Below are positions 43,182 through 57,635 of a stretch of DNA of 64,000 bases, piece after piece (position 1 is the stretch's first letter; each line of letters opens with the position of its first letter). This DNA is from the human T2T-CHM13v2.0 reference genome, Homo sapiens, in NCBI RefSeq assembly GCF_009914755.1, contig NC_060938.1; one strand, given 5' to 3'. Below the pieces are notes generated by a model, which saw only the letters and a program-made list of their open reading frames with translations, was not told the DNA's origin and did not search any database. The translations under genes were made by a program, and so were the position numbers.

Positions 43182-44622
43182 TGGTATTTTTTTTCAACTT
43201 AATATTTTGTTCTAAATAGAAGAATCTAGTATTCCCAGATATGACATAATTGTTTGCTTTATTGTTGCCTTTGCTTTTATTTTCTGTATCAGAAAGTCTT
43301 CCCTCTCCATTCTTACCAACTGTACCTGTTCTTATCCTCCAGGCTGCCTTTCCATTAAGCCATTCCTAACTACCCTACCAGGGTAATCCTCTCTGGTCTT
43401 CCATCAGATTCTTTGTGCTTCTCTTATATTTATATCATTTGCTGTCATGTTGCTTTATCTATGACTAAGATTTATGATCTCCTTTCTGGGAGATGCAACT
43501 TAAGTTTACATTAACATGTATCTTTGAATTCCTATTACACCCAGTGTTGTACTGGCTATATAGTAGGTGTCCATAAAGATCCTCTGAATAAAGAACTCTA
43601 TTACATTGAAATATCAAAAAATGGATGGGGTGCAGTGTAAAGGCCCTCAAAATGCCATCTGCACGTTTCAAAGATAGTTGTCAACTACATTTCCTCACAG
43701 GTTGCTGTGTGTAGACTTAATAGAACCCCGACTTAGGCATAAGTTCTTTAAATCACCTGCTTCAGTTCTGAGAATGGGAACAGGTTCACATATCCATAGT
43801 CTAGTGGACATAAAATTGTAAGTCCTAAAAAATTGCCGAAACCTTGGTTTCCATTTTCCCTGAGGATTATTTTTGTAGGTATTATCTCTATAGGAGTTTT
43901 GGAACTGTTTCTTTGACATCAGAAAAATTGTAAAAGGGTAAAAATTAAATATATCCAGTCAAGCAATTACTGTGTTTATATAATATCAACTGCTAGCTTG
44001 ATGAATTATCTGTCATTTCTTCTATACCTGTTCCCTAAAAGCACACATGCAATGTGAATTGATTGAAAAAGTTTATATAATAAAAATAGTGCATAGTAAA
44101 TATAAAAAATTAAATATATAAAAGTATGTAAAATTATCTTAAAGATTATTTTTACTACTTGGGGCATTTTATCCTAATAAGATAAATTCATATTATATAT
44201 TAAGTTTCTGTCTTTTTATCTCTCTAAATTTTATAGTCATTCAGTCATATGTGATATTTTATACATTTAACCATATGTATCATATTCTATACTGGAGCAT
44301 GTGTGTTAACCTTCCACCACGAGTGGCTATTTGGTTAGTTTTTATATTTTTGGTAATAGTATGTTAAACATATTTATATAAAAATATTTTTCCAAATCTC
44401 TGATCAAGGCAGTTCTTGTAGTGATCCTATAAGGTCAAAGTATATATACATATTTGGGAATCCACTGCATACTAAGGCTCTTCTGTTTCACCAGATTTGC
44501 TCTGGAGGATAGCTGCTTTGTTTTTGTCCACTGAAATGTAAGTTTGAAACGACAAGTTTTTCTGAATAAAGTTTCACCCTCGCACTCCATTATATTAATG
44601 TACCGTATTTTATTTAGCAGTG

Positions 44623-45024
44623 TGTCTTAGTCCATTTCCTGTTGCTCATAACAGAATACCTGAAACTAATTTTTAAGAAACAAAATGTATTTCTTTCATT
44701 TATGGTGGCTGAAAAGTCCAAGGTCAAGGAGTTGCATCTGGTGAGAGCCTTCTTGCTGGTGGGACTCTGCTGAATTCCAAGGCATTATAGGGCATCATGG
44801 AGCGAGAGGGCTGAGTGTGCTAGCTCAGGTCTCTCTTCCTCTTTATATAATTCACCAGTCCCATTTCCATAATAACCCATTAATTCATCAGCTCATGAAT
44901 AGGTTAATTAATTCATGAGGGTGTAACCCAATCACCTTTTAAAGGCCCCACTTCTTAATACTACCACATTGGGGATTAAATTTCAACATGAATTTTGGAG
45001 GTGCCAAACATTCAGATCATAACA
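44623..45024 (-). mobile_element. MaLR solo LTR (MSTC-like)
   Basis: TGTCTTAGTCCATTT...GGGCTGAGTGTGCTAGCTCAGGTCTCTCTTCCTC...CAAACATTCAGATCATAACA; TG...CA ends; ~400 bp. Confidence 0.9.
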
Positions 45025-45200
45025 TAATACTACTATTTTGGTCATTTGGGGTGTTGCAAAGTTTATTATAATCAATACTACTTCTGTAATAGTCATTTTG
45101 ATGCATAAACTATTTTTAGCACATTATTTTATTTTTTAAATAGATTCCCAGAAGTGAAGTTATTGAGTTTAACAGCAAACACTTTTTAGGGTTCTTAACA

Positions 45201-45248
45201 CGTATATCTAGAAACCAAGTACCACATATATCTAGAAACCAAGTACCA
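45201..45248. repeat. 24-bp tandem duplication
   Basis: C(G/A)TATATCTAGAAACCAAGTACCA x2, one CpG-type difference. Confidence 0.9.
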
Positions 45249-45794
45249 TTTTATTCTCTCGCTACCAGTATATCATAGGTGTACCTTCCCCATCGCTAAG
45301 CATTGTAGTGAATAAACAATAATATTATTAAGTTTACCAATATGACAGGATGTTTTTTAATTTTGCATTTTAAATAATAAGGGACTGAGTCTTTTTCAAA
45401 CACTTATGGCCCATAATTCTTCTAGAATGATTATGTGATTTTAATAATTGATACATACAGCCCAATGTTTTATTTCTGGCAGTGAATTTGATTCTCAAAT
45501 TAGTTTACATTGACTCAGAGGAGGGCCTTGAAATAATACATTAATAACTAAGATTAATCACATAGCACTTCATAACTTATGCGCCATTTTAATGCATTAT
45601 GTATATCATTTGATCTTTCAAGAATTCTAGGAGCAATAAAATTAAGATAATTCTCCTGTGTAGGTGAGGACACTTTTGAAGCATTGTTCACGTCAAGGCA
45701 GAGCCACATGGGGGCATTTATACATATCTAATAGCACACAGATAAATTCAAACCTTATGACCCATAGGCTGGCAATCTTTGTTCAGTCTATAGT

Positions 45795-46240
45795 AGAACC
45801 ATTCAATAGCTGGTCCCCAGAAAAGCAGCACTGGTATCACTGAGAAGCTTTATTTATTTTTTTTAGATAGTCTTGCTCTGTCGCTCAGGCTGGAGTGCAG
45901 TGGCATGATCTTGACTCACTGCAACCTCGCCTCCTGGGTTCAAGCAATTCTCCTGCCTTGGCCTCCCAGGTAGCTGGGACTACAGGTGCCTGTCACCACC
46001 CCCAGCTAATTAATTTTTTGTATTTTTTAGTAGAGACGGGGTTTTGCCATGTTGGCTGGGCTGGTCTCGAACTCCTGGTCTCAAGTGATCCACCTGCCTC
46101 GGCCTCCCAAAGTGCTGAGATTACAAGCATGAGCCACTGCACTCGGCCTACCGAGGAACCTTTTAGACCTTTTTAGAGCTTCAGGCCAGGGTCTTTGGCC
46201 CAGGTGTTTTCTATGCACACTAATGTCTGAAATACTACCT
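45795..46240. mobile_element. MER5A relic split by an Alu
   Basis: TGGTCCCCAGAAAAGCAGCACTGGTATCAC on the left; CCCAGGTGTTTTCTATGCACACTAATGTCTGA on the right. Confidence 0.6.
45849..46148 (-). mobile_element. Alu (Sz/Jb-like)
   Basis: Reverse Alu dimer; CTCCTGGTCTCAAGTGATCC. Confidence 0.95.
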
Positions 46241-46805
46241 TAGACTAACAGAGTATATGTAAAATCAAGCGTGGATAACTTTCCTACAAAATTTGTATGT
46301 AATACCAACAAGGAAGAAATAAATGATGAGTTTGAAGATTCTTCAAATAATAAATAAACTACTAGTGGAAATTTATAGGAATTAAATTTTTTTAAAGAAG
46401 GAAATTATAGATTAGAAATTATAGATTAATAAGTGTTCTTTAATATCCATCAATTAGTCTTTTTCTACAGACAAATGTGGATATTAACCAGGAGCTCTGC
46501 CTACACTTAGACATTTTCATGGGTCTAGAAGAAATATTTTTCTTTCTATGCAAAGGAATCATTGGTGGAGGTTTTTCAAAATGCAGAGATAACTTTGCTA
46601 GGCTTCCACTTTAAGTAAGTGCCTCAGGCCCCAGACACAAACACAGAACAATAGCATCTATGGCTGTTTGCATTTCCAGTCAGTAACACAGAGTCCCAGC
46701 CTCAGGATTTACCAGCCATTAATAAAAACAGTCCTAGAAGGAAGACATAATGCATCTTATCAATCAAGAAATGAGGTGCTTTATTTGAGAATGTGCTATG
46801 AAATA

Positions 46806-47100
46806 CAGTAGTTTCCCCTATCTGGAGTTTTCCTTTTTTGCAGTTTCAGTTACTTGTAGTAACATAATTTTAGAGGGGGAGATCACATTCACAAAACTTT
46901 AATGATAGTATATTGTTATAGTGGTTCCATTTTATTATTAGTTGCCATTAATGTCTTATTATACCTTATAAACTTTGTGATAGGGATGTATGTAAAGGAA
47001 CAAAAATATATAATATTTATATAAGGTTTAGTGTAATCCAGTTTCAGGCATCCACTGGGGGTCTTTGGATATATCCCCACATAGATAAGAGGTGATGACT
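46806..47100. mobile_element. MER44 (Tigger7-derived) relic
   Basis: TA-CAGTAG...CCCCTATC...GTTTCAGTTAC start and TTTCAGGCATCCACTGGGGGTCTT end. Confidence 0.85.
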
Positions 47101-47533
47101 CTTTTTTGGGATGTTGGTCATCTCTGCTAATGTGTCAGGATCTCTTTTCTTACAAATAAACAGTTTGATGACTAAGTTATAGGGCATTCCCAGGCTCGAT
47201 ATTCTGTTGTTTTCCCTTCTAAAGAAAATGAGCGCCCTAGATGACAGGGCCTGGGTTGGAAGGAATGAAGTAGCCAGTGGACAAAGGGAATACGATTTAA
47301 GGAGTAGAGGAAACAAAGATAAATTTTGTTTGAGTTATAACTTTGCCTAGAACCAGACCTCAATTTTGAGCAATAGGTTATAATGTGCCATCAACTCTGG
47401 GCACTATATTTTTAATTACGAAGCTTGTCACTTTTATATATAGTCATTTTGAGATTCTTTAATGTACATTTGATGTTTCTCCAAATATAGGAATAGTGGA
47501 GTCTCCCATTTTGTGAAGAAATGTTTTATTTTT

Positions 47534-47603
47534 TGTTCCTGAAGGACATTATCTGCTTAAATGTGTTCTGTTCCTGAAGGACATTATCTGCTTAAATGTG
47601 TTC
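47534..47603. repeat. Perfect 35-bp tandem duplication
   Basis: TGTTCCTGAAGGACATTATCTGCTTAAATGTGTTC x2. Confidence 0.95.
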
Positions 47604-50600
47604 TCTTTGGCATTCAAACAGAAGTGCTTGATATTCTTACATCCTGTGCATATGAATCTAACTAACATGTCTCAAGAGACCAGTACATAGGAATTTCTTG
47701 TCAGCAAAACTGCGCCTTGTGCGATTCTGGTAGATTTATGGCTGCACAGTCCCCTGGTCAAATTTGGCTTATTATTCTGAATCCATTTTTGTAATAATGA
47801 TGCTGGTAATGCTGTAATATATTATTTTAATAGCATAATACATTGAACTCTAATTTCTACAGCATAAATACATTATTCAGCCACTGCATTGTGTGCAAAC
47901 AAGGGAAGAGGAAACTAAAAAGATGTCTCACTAAAAATTTCTATAATTGTCAGTTATGTAAAAATTTATAAAAGTTGATTGGACTATTACATAATTTTTA
48001 TATGTAATAGCTTTCCAATCAGAAATAAAAAGTTCCTGATTTTTATAATATTGTCCACACTAGTTTTTGAATTGCTATTTTGGGCAAACCATAACCAAAA
48101 AGAACAAGAGTAAGACTAACTACAGGACATGGCAAGTAGAATATACCTTCTCTGGGATTAGAAAACTTCTTTTTCAGAAGCAATAATTGTATAATACGTG
48201 CTGAGAACTTCAGGAAATGCACAAAGTATTCTAGCAGCTTCTCTCTGAATTCTTTTTGCTAAGTCTTGCCAGACAAAATTCATGTAAACAAAATATCTGT
48301 CTTACTCTGACTTACTTGGACTTTATTCCTTTTATGTTATGAGTGAGTCTGCAAAGCTAGAATAAATGGGGCTTGTGTATGTTTGTGTGAATTGTGTGTG
48401 TTTTCTTATAATTATTTAAATAAAATTGCCAACAGGCAAGTGGTTCTATCTGACTAATCCCATTTTGAAAAGGTATTGAAACTTCGTTGTCTTTGATAAC
48501 ATTAAATGGGTAAAATATAGCATGCTCTTTCATACAACTTTACTATATCAAACATTATATTCTACCTATTAAAATCCATGAGTACAAAACTTTGTATTTA
48601 CAATGATTTAAAATTTTTACAAATGAAAAATAACAATCACCTTACTGTTACTCTCAACCTTTGCATAGCTTAGACCTGATTTTATATCTATTTGAGATGC
48701 CTCAAATAACCCCAAAAACAAATTAATAGAAAATTAAATCTTACAAAGAAAAATTGGAATAGCCTCCATTTTCATGCTTTTTAAGATGGAGAAGTTCTAA
48801 ATCCATTGATTGTTTACTCTGTATAGGCATTTTTCCAAGTACTAGAAAATACATTACAAGAGCCTCTAATGTTTCCTTGCCTTCCTTATATTTTTAAGAG
48901 AAACAACATTACATTCATCCAAAGAGAAAAAAATAAAAAATTTGGGCAGCTAATGACCATTCAGTAAATACAAAGGCTTTGGGGTTTTTCCCCATTGCCC
49001 TTGCAGGTATTTTCAGGCCTTTACTTCAGGGAAGTTTTCTTCCATCTCTGCTCTATGCCCGCCCTTTCTTGCCCAGTCATTATTCTCAATTAGCTATTGC
49101 TATGGACAGTCATTATCTATCGAACCCATTTAGAAACTTAGCCACAGACTTTATTAACTCCAAGCTTTCAAAGATACTGACTTTGCTGGCAAGAAGCATA
49201 ACCTTTGAATAAACAAGCCAGGTTTGCTCGTAAGTATCACACTTTTAATTTCAACCAACATTCTTCTTTTTTCTGAAAGTTAGTACCTGATTAGAGCTGT
49301 TCTCTTTGCTAATTCAGCTCTCTGGGTAATAAATATTTTATCTTATCAATAAACATGAATTTCTGTGATCCAAAGATATTTAGATCCTTAATTGGATAGT
49401 ACATCTAAATTGGTTAATCAGAGTGTTTTCTGGCAGTTTCTGAGTCAAAGTTATACTTCGTCTCTGGTTAGCCTTTGTAATATTCAGGATGAACAACTTA
49501 AAATTCTTAGTTCAAACTACTTACAATCTGTGTTAATCAAAATGCTGTAATTAAATTGGGCATGGACTTATTCTGTAACCTTATCCACTTTGCATTTAAG
49601 TTGTCTCTACATGAACGTTTGACACTAGTACAGTCTTTAAATATTAATGCATAGGGGAAAAAAAAAGAAGATGAAAGGAACAGTTGGAGCCAAGAAAAAG
49701 TAAAAGATAGCAAGGAACAATTGTTAAAAAAAAACAAAAAACCCTTAAGAAAGTTAGGAGAGTATGCAAAGAAAAATAAACTTGTCAAAGCAGTTACTTA
49801 CCAGCATAAAGTAGCACAATTTACACACAATCTAAAGCTCTAAGGAATGAGTAGCCATAACAAGCTTTTGTACACTAAAGATTAGAATCCCTGTGAAGCA
49901 GTTTCTCACGTTTTCCTTTCTCTGCTTTTGTATTTTACTTTTAAATGATCACAAAGCTACAAAATATGTTAAAATTGAAAGAAAGCAAAACAAATACAAA
50001 AACTTTTTTTTTTTTTTACTTTCATGTATAAGGAAAAACAGCACACATCTAAAAGTCTGATTTTGCCCCTCTAATAATCAGGCTCCCTATGGTTTTGGTA
50101 TAAAATGGTGTAGATCCAAACAACATCACAAAATAATGTTTTGTGCCCCACACACAAGAAAAGGCTTCTTAGCATAATCTATAAAAGTTTCAAGTGGTTA
50201 TGTTGCCAAATAGCTTGGCTTTTGCTATAAAGAAAAAAGAAGGAGAGTGCATGAATCTAAATGTATAGCTAGTGTCTCTCCTTCCTCCAGATAGAGAAAT
50301 TATATTTGTTGAGACACTGCACTGTTGAGATTCGTAGAGAGAGTATGCCCTCAATTTCACTGCACTATGCTAGTGTTCATTCAGCTGATGAAGTTCTCAA
50401 CTCAAAGGGCAACATCCACTTTGTTCTAAGTTCCTGCTGGAATGGAAAAGCTGACAAGGGAAAACTTACACAAAGGATATTGTGCTGTTAAAGTTTGTTC
50501 AAAGCCACACTTGTCAGATCTCTTTGAAATGAAATTGAAAAGGAAAAACCAATTTTCTTTGAGGACAAAGTTCATCTCATTTGGTGTGCTGCACCTATCT

Positions 50601-50869
50601 AATTTTCTTCTTTGAGAAAGAAATCTTGACTAGGAAAATTTGAAAAAATAGTTTATAGCAGTACAGGTATGTATCATAATGTTTAATTCAGACCAGTGTT
50701 ACATTCTGAGAAAATAAATATAAGTGAATTACTGCCTGTTTGAAGCTGTGATAAATACCTAGTTTGGCTGAAATTATTAGACACCATTATTGTGTCTCCA
50801 AAATGTCTCTGAAGGGCAATAGTCAGAACTATCCTGAAATGAGAGTGCTCTAATGTTTTCTTTTGTCAG

Positions 50870-50941
50870 TAGTGTGCAGATGCCCAGTATGATTCAGTAC
50901 ATTATCAAATTGAAAACCAAGATCCTTCAGAAGAGTTCCAG
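50870..50941 (+). other. Candidate 72/69-nt exon with NAGNAG acceptor
   Basis: CTCTAAT branch-like motif, GTTTTCTTTTGTCAG|TAG| acceptor, CAG|GTAAAT donor; open in two frames. Confidence 0.25.
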
Positions 50942-51003
50942 GTAAATATCTTGTATGTTTCCAAACTTGAAAAAAAAAAAGCATCTATTTCCAAGGAGCA
51001 TAT

Positions 51004-51052
51004 TATTAAAAATATAGAGTTATATTAAAAATATACAGTTATATTAAAAATA
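51004..51052. repeat. 19-bp unit, ~2.5 copies
   Basis: TATTAAAAATATA(G/C)AGTTA repeated. Confidence 0.85.
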
Positions 51053-51901
51053 ATAACTGGATGTTTAAAATGCCACCAAATGATGCTTTGAATAAGTTTG
51101 TATCAATAGCAAACAAAAGAGCTTTCTGTGTTTGATTTTACAATTTCCTGCAAATAGGAGTGTTATAAGATTCCAGGTCAACTTAAAATAAGAAATAAAA
51201 GTGAATATGTCACTTAAACTAGAAAGAAATACAGCTGTGACCCCCAGACAAGGTCTTATATTCAAGACAGAAAAATGTTATTTTAGTCAACAGACAAAAA
51301 AAATGATGAAAACAAACCCAAGGGTAATCCTCTCCTCTAATGCATTTTGTCACCTATTTCTCTCTCTTAGTCTGTGTTTCTATGTCAGCCTTCCTTGTTC
51401 AACCTCACCCTATGTGATTGGCTACATGTTTATAAATAAATATATAGATAGATGGATAGATCCCATTTATTGGCAATAAATGATTACAAATGAGGAAGTA
51501 TTTTGAAAATGGAAAGGAGAAGCAAAATTATATCTTATCTGTTAGATCATGGGAAGCAGAATATCTTAGCTTTTGCCAGAATCTCTCCAGAAATGTATAT
51601 TCTCTAGCTTTCTTCTTTGTGATGTTTTCCACTTGGAACTACATTGCCAATCCCTTTTTATTTGTTCTGTGTCCAAATGTGAATACAACTGGATTCTTTT
51701 GACTGTTATTATTCTGCTTGTATCTAAACAGATTTTTTTAAACATATCCACACCCTTTGGGTAAAGTTTAATTCCTTTTAAATACAGTGTTCACCATGAA
51801 CTTGAGAGCAGAAGGAAAAAAAAAAAAAAAAAAAAAAAACCAAAACACTGGCGATTGAAACATTCAGACAGCAGCTACCTTCCTTTTAGAATTAAAATTC
51901 A

Positions 51902-52237
<336 letters not shown>

Positions 52238-53269
52238 AAAATTCAAATGACCAAAGTCCTGAAAAATCAATGGAGAATCTTCTCAGAGTAGAAATTATTT
52301 AAGTGAAAAGCAAGCTTTCTGATTTTCATCCCATTTTTGTTTAATTTTTATTTCCTTTTTGCTCCATCTGTTATAGAGTAAATGTGTTTCAATTTAGTGA
52401 AAACATCTTCGGAAATTAACCATTCCTGTTATAGTTTAAAAATTCATTCTATTTGTGCTCAATATTTGTAAGAATCATAATTTGTTATGTGCCTGTGTGT
52501 AAATTAATCTGTTGTCATATCCTTCAAAGTCCACAAGTCCCAAGTAGTGTTTCTGGTGGAGCACCATCTTTACTTCACATGCACTGTGCATTCCTCTTGT
52601 GCCTTCTTATAGGCCCCCTAAATATTAATATTTGCTGAATGAATAAATGAAGATATATGGCTTTCCCTCTTCCTTTTGAACATCACTCTTTGTTTTTCCT
52701 TTTATAATGCCCAGTGCACTAAAGTCATGTCAGAGGAAAGAATATTCCCTTCTTCACAGTCCGTATACTAATTAGATACTCTTCTTTTTGGCCCATCTTC
52801 CCCAAGGGATAGTAAATGAAGCACCCACTCTATGAGACCCAGTTCTTTCCTGACTGAGATATTGTCTATAGGCTTCTTGTTTACTTCACTAATGAGTTTT
52901 TTCTCTGTAGCTTTTACATCTTTATAGTAGGTCATAAAGAACCTCTAACAGAAAATGAACCAATAGTAGCTATATTTTATTTCATGTTTCTATAATGCCC
53001 CTGGTCACAACCATGTCTGTTTCCTGTCCTTTTCTTTCAATAAAGGCTTACAACTTGGGATCAAATCATGTGTCCACATTTGCTGCATAGAACATAGTAT
53101 CAATGCATTGGTGCAAAAGCCATTCTGCCCAAACTCCTGTACACACCACTCATTCAACAATATTTCTAGACTCTACTGTGGGCTTAATGCAGTGCTTTGG
53201 AGACTATAAAGAGGCACACTGAAATAATCCCTACCCTTAAAAGAAGAGATAATTTTTTGTTTTCTAAAG

Positions 53270-53440
53270 TATTTTCACATTAATTACCTCATTTGATTTC
53301 CTATAACAACCAAGAGAAGCAAGGAGAATAATTGTTACTACAGACATCTTCCAAACGAGAAACCTGAGCCTAGAAATTGAAGTCACACTACCAGTTATGC
53401 CAAGACCTCTACAAAAGACCTAGGACTTTGATTATACCAT
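53270..53440 (-). mobile_element. MIR
   Basis: CTCATTTGATTTCCTATAACAAC...CAAACGAGAAACCTGAGCCTAGA. Confidence 0.6.
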
Positions 53441-53729
53441 TGAATAGCTTCTCCTTTCTACAGCATAGAGAGCCAAGCATCTTGAGTGGTGAGTTGCTTC
53501 TCAAGCTGCACAAAAATATTATAAATATTTCTCACTTATAGAATCTATAACAGGTCATACATTATAGGTATTTTAGACCTAAATGGAACCATTCAGTTCC
53601 CAAGGTTTGTAGTTTCTAGCCCTGCTAAGCATCAAACAACAATCTATTATTTGAAGATCAGCAATGATAATTCTCAAAGCTGGAGAGTTTAGAAGATAAC
53701 TACGGTTATATATTCCCTCATTCACCTTC

Positions 53730-54600
53730 CTACTTTTTTGGTCCTACCTCATTTCATTATCCTTACTGCAATAGCCTTTTATAATTATCTATCTTTCAAT
53801 CTCCCCTCCCACACACCTATCCATTTACATTCTGTTGCCAGGTAAGCCTTTCTAGAGTATAATTATATTTCAGTAATTAAGCTTTGCAGAACACTTGGAA
53901 TGTTCCCCATAGCCTACTGTATTAAGTTGAAACTCCTTAGCCCCTTCATAAACTGACCACAATTTACCTTTCCATCCTTTGCTTAGCCTGCAGTGCAGAT
54001 CTACAACTTCCTGCTTTCTGTTCACTTTCCTCCCTTTCCCACCTTGATGCTTTTCTTGCTATTTTTTCTGCCTAGAATATTTACCTTCATCCAGACCCTT
54101 TTCCATGCTATTTTTAGCATAAATAACAATAAAATCTTTATTATAAGCCTCCCCTGAGGCTCCAAATAGGGATAAATATAACTTACTTTGAACACACACA
54201 CACAACTTTATTTCTTCCCTGGCATTTATGAAAATAGCACAGGTTTACAGACAAAACAGACAGGCAGATGGAATTAAGTTTAAATCCTGACCTGGTCAAA
54301 CTTGGGCAAATTATTTAACTTCTCCAAGTATTCATTTTCTTATCTAGAAAAGCTTTGCATGTTTTTTGTAAGGATTGATGGTTATCCACATACATGCTTT
54401 TAGTCAATTCCTAGCATATATTAAGACTCAATGAATGTCAGCTCTTATTTTTAGATTCTGTTTTGCATTATATTTGTATCTGTGTATATTATACAAACAT
54501 CAGTATATTGTCTGCTTTCTGTGAGGGCTGCAACTATGGTTGCTATTTTCATTTTTCGTCTTTGTATCCATGTAGCTCTTGAGAGCAAAACCAAGTTTAT
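53730..54600 (+). mobile_element. L2 pieces with nested MIR (~54245-54445)
   Basis: ACTGCAATAGCCTT...TCTGCCTAGAAT (L2); CTTGGGCAAATTATTTAACTTCTC (MIR). Confidence 0.55.
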
Positions 54601-55489
54601 TGGCAGTGATTATTAGTCCCACCGCACACCTATTTATCATAGCTGAATTATGGACAATATCCATATCAGTGAATTGCAAATCCCTAGTAATCCTTAGTAG
54701 CGATACCATAAAATACACTGTCCTTTCAGTTCCAGAATAGCAAAATCAGTTGGGTCAACTTATAAATCTTCTAATTATAGTTTCTTAGTTAAAATTTGGT
54801 CAGATAGGAAATCTAGGAAAGCCTCAAATGCAATTAATATAGCTCAGGAAGTCAGCCATTTAGATAGCATTGGCAGCTATAAAGATAGAATGGGACTAGA
54901 AAATTGTTTGCTCTATTTCTCCAGGATATTACTAGGTCTGCTTTTATGTCAGTCCAGGCTGTGCCAACCATGGAGAACATGAAGTGGTAAACCAAAAAGG
55001 TTGTAAAGTTGACTGCACCCAAAGTAAATTGGATAAGTTCCATCACAAATGTGCTTTTAGTTGGATTGAAAAGAAATGGAATGTCATGAAGACTTATGGA
55101 GGGGATTAGATGATGTCATCATAGCCCTCTCTGCCGAGGGTCTATAGGTCATACGTAATAATTATAGATAATTATATTTATATATGTATATACACACATA
55201 TGACCATTAAAGGAATAATATAATTACCAATTTCTTCTCAGCTTTAAAATTGGTATACCTAACAGAAAAACATATCTTTTGGACTAAAGTATCTGAGAAA
55301 AAAGGCACTATCTATCTCTGTTTTTAAGTGAGGGCAAAATTTTTTTTTTAACATATAATGTGTTGGTGAAAGGATTTTGTGGGCACTTATACATCTAGAA
55401 TTTGTTTTAAAGTGAAGTGGGAATTAATTAAACCTTCCTATTTGGGGATGAGAGTGGCATTTAAAAGCCTCTAAAATATTTACAATCAT

Positions 55490-56650
55490 TTATTCACTTT
55501 GTCATTCTCAAATACTTATGGCTAATTCTAGTTATTGTGTGAATCATAGACTAAGGTTATAAATCCAGGGCCAGAAATACTTGCTACGAGGCTATTAATG
55601 TAACCGAGGTAAGAGGTAACGACAGTCAGATTTGTGGTAAGGGCACTTGGTGGGGCAAAATATGAAGTAGCTGGGCCATGTGATTGTGCCTCAGGCATAA
55701 AGGATTCTCAAATTTTGGCTGCTGCCTTTGTAATTTGTATCAGAGATCTGTGCCTCATAATACATATAAACTAATGTGGAATTATGTTCATACCCTTCCT
55801 CTAATCCAAGAGAGAGCTAAAAGCGATAGGATATATCAAAACGAGAGGGAACTCAAGCACTCTACCATGTTTCCTCGCCCTTACTGATACTCACATAGGC
55901 CTGAAATTAGAGAGAGAGAAGCAAAGACTCAGGATTCATTCAGGTAAAAAATAAAATGAATGGGAGTTGATATGTGCTTTGACATGGGACAGAGGGGGAG
56001 AAAGTGAAATATAAGAATCTAACAAATTTCTGGCTTTGGTAACTGGATGGACTATGGCACCATTTGTGGAAATGGAGAGCAGAGGAGGAAGAGCAGATTT
56101 TGGCGCTGATATTTTATATTTACTTTTGGACACGTTAAAAGTTAAAATAGGGCAGGAAAATACACATATCCTGAAGGCCATTAGGCTTTTTGAGTCTGAA
56201 GCTTAGGAAGAAGTTGTTGCTGGATTAAGGAGTCATCAATGAATGTTGAATTATATTTTCTACAGGAAAATTGTTTGTTTAACTCAACAAGAGGATAGAA
56301 CCCTCAGTAAAATAAACATTTGATCTTCAGGCAGAGAAAAGAATGCCTTAAGAGGAAATGACCAGGGAAATGGGGAATAAGGAGTGACCGAGATCACGAG
56401 AATGAAGTATGTTCAAAAGGAGGAGGTCACTACAGTGTTAAATGTTGCTGAGCTTTCGAGTAAGTTAAGTTCAATAAGGTTTCCATTTGCTTTGCTTTAA
56501 AAAAAAAAAATGTCCGTAGACGACTTTAAAAGAAGAAGCATCAGTGGCGTGAGGGGCCTGGAGTCTGGCTTTCTGTATGATGACAAACGTCTTATATAAT
56601 TTTCCATAGTTAAGAAGCTTGGCTATGGAGGGGAGCATAAAGGATTTGAA
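55490..56650 (-). mobile_element. L2 fragments
   Basis: TTTCTGGCTTTGGTAACTGGATGGACTATGGCACCATTT...GGAGGAAGAGCAGATTTTGG...TTTTGGACACGTTAA. Confidence 0.65.
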
Positions 56651-57434
56651 TGAGAAGAAAGTTTTTCAATTTCTTTATCCCTCTGTTTCTAATATATTGT
56701 ATGTTCTTTTATTTATGGGTTCACTGATACAGGAATGGCTTAGTTTGTACTGGCAAATAAGAACTATATATATAGTTGGCATAGTTCTAGTTTTGACATT
56801 TCACACTAGGTACCCAATGACTAAGAACAGAGAAGTTTTTATATTAACTTTGTGTTGACGTCATAGAATAAAATAATCAAAATTTCTTTTTTTACTGTAC
56901 TATATTCAGCAAGTCTAGTCATTGGAATTTGCCCCCACATACCTTCAGGCAATGAAGAGATTCTTTAATAGATTTCCATATTAAAGGTAATAGATATTTT
57001 ATGATCTTCAGAAAATAAAATGAGAGAATAAACATGTTAGCAATAAAAATTAATGGTTTTAATTATAATTTTTCAGTTTTTAAAAATAGGTGTTGGAAGA
57101 AATTTTAGTAAATTCTATTAAATAATGTACCATGTCTCACCTTTATAGTAACTTCCATGATCCTGGGTGTAGAATTATATGATGTATGCTGCTTAATGGA
57201 AAACTGTTGTTTTTTTTCTTCAGAGCATGAAATAGATTTCATCAATATGAAGAAATACATACAAATCAATTCTCTTGGTCTGTAAGCTACAACTAGAATT
57301 ATGTGAAGTACTTTAGAAACTGCTTACTTTTTCATACCACAAATAAAATACTGTGAGAACCAACTGTTTGGCTTGTGACCTCATTGTATTAATGCTAGAT
57401 AAATGAAAAACTACTTATAGGTGTCAGTTATCAC

Positions 57435-57635
57435 AATAATAATATTTAATATCTATATAGGGCTTTACAACTTATGAAAAAGTTAGACATCTGATATCTC
57501 AAGTAAGCCTCAGAATGATCCTATGAATTAGTCAAGGCAAGTATAATTATTGTCATTTGACGAAAAGGAAACCGAAGTTCAGTATTATTGTGTGGTTAGT
57601 CCAACTGCACTGGGTTTAGTGAGTGACAGACTTGG
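57435..57635 (-). mobile_element. MIR
   Basis: ATATAGGGCTTTACAACTTA...CCTCAGAATGATCCTATGA...AAGGAAACCGAAGTTCAG. Confidence 0.6.

Larger units (their letters stand above)
44200..45430 (-). mobile_element. Old L1ME-like 3' fragments flanking the MST LTR
   Basis: TAGATTCCCAGAAGTGAAGTTATTGAGT...GTACCATTTTATTCTCTCGCTACCAGTATA. Confidence 0.5.

Noticed and set aside
51816-51839. Orphan A24 tract as a processed-pseudogene tail
   Set aside because: No TSD, no adjacent AATAAA and no recognisable upstream transcript.
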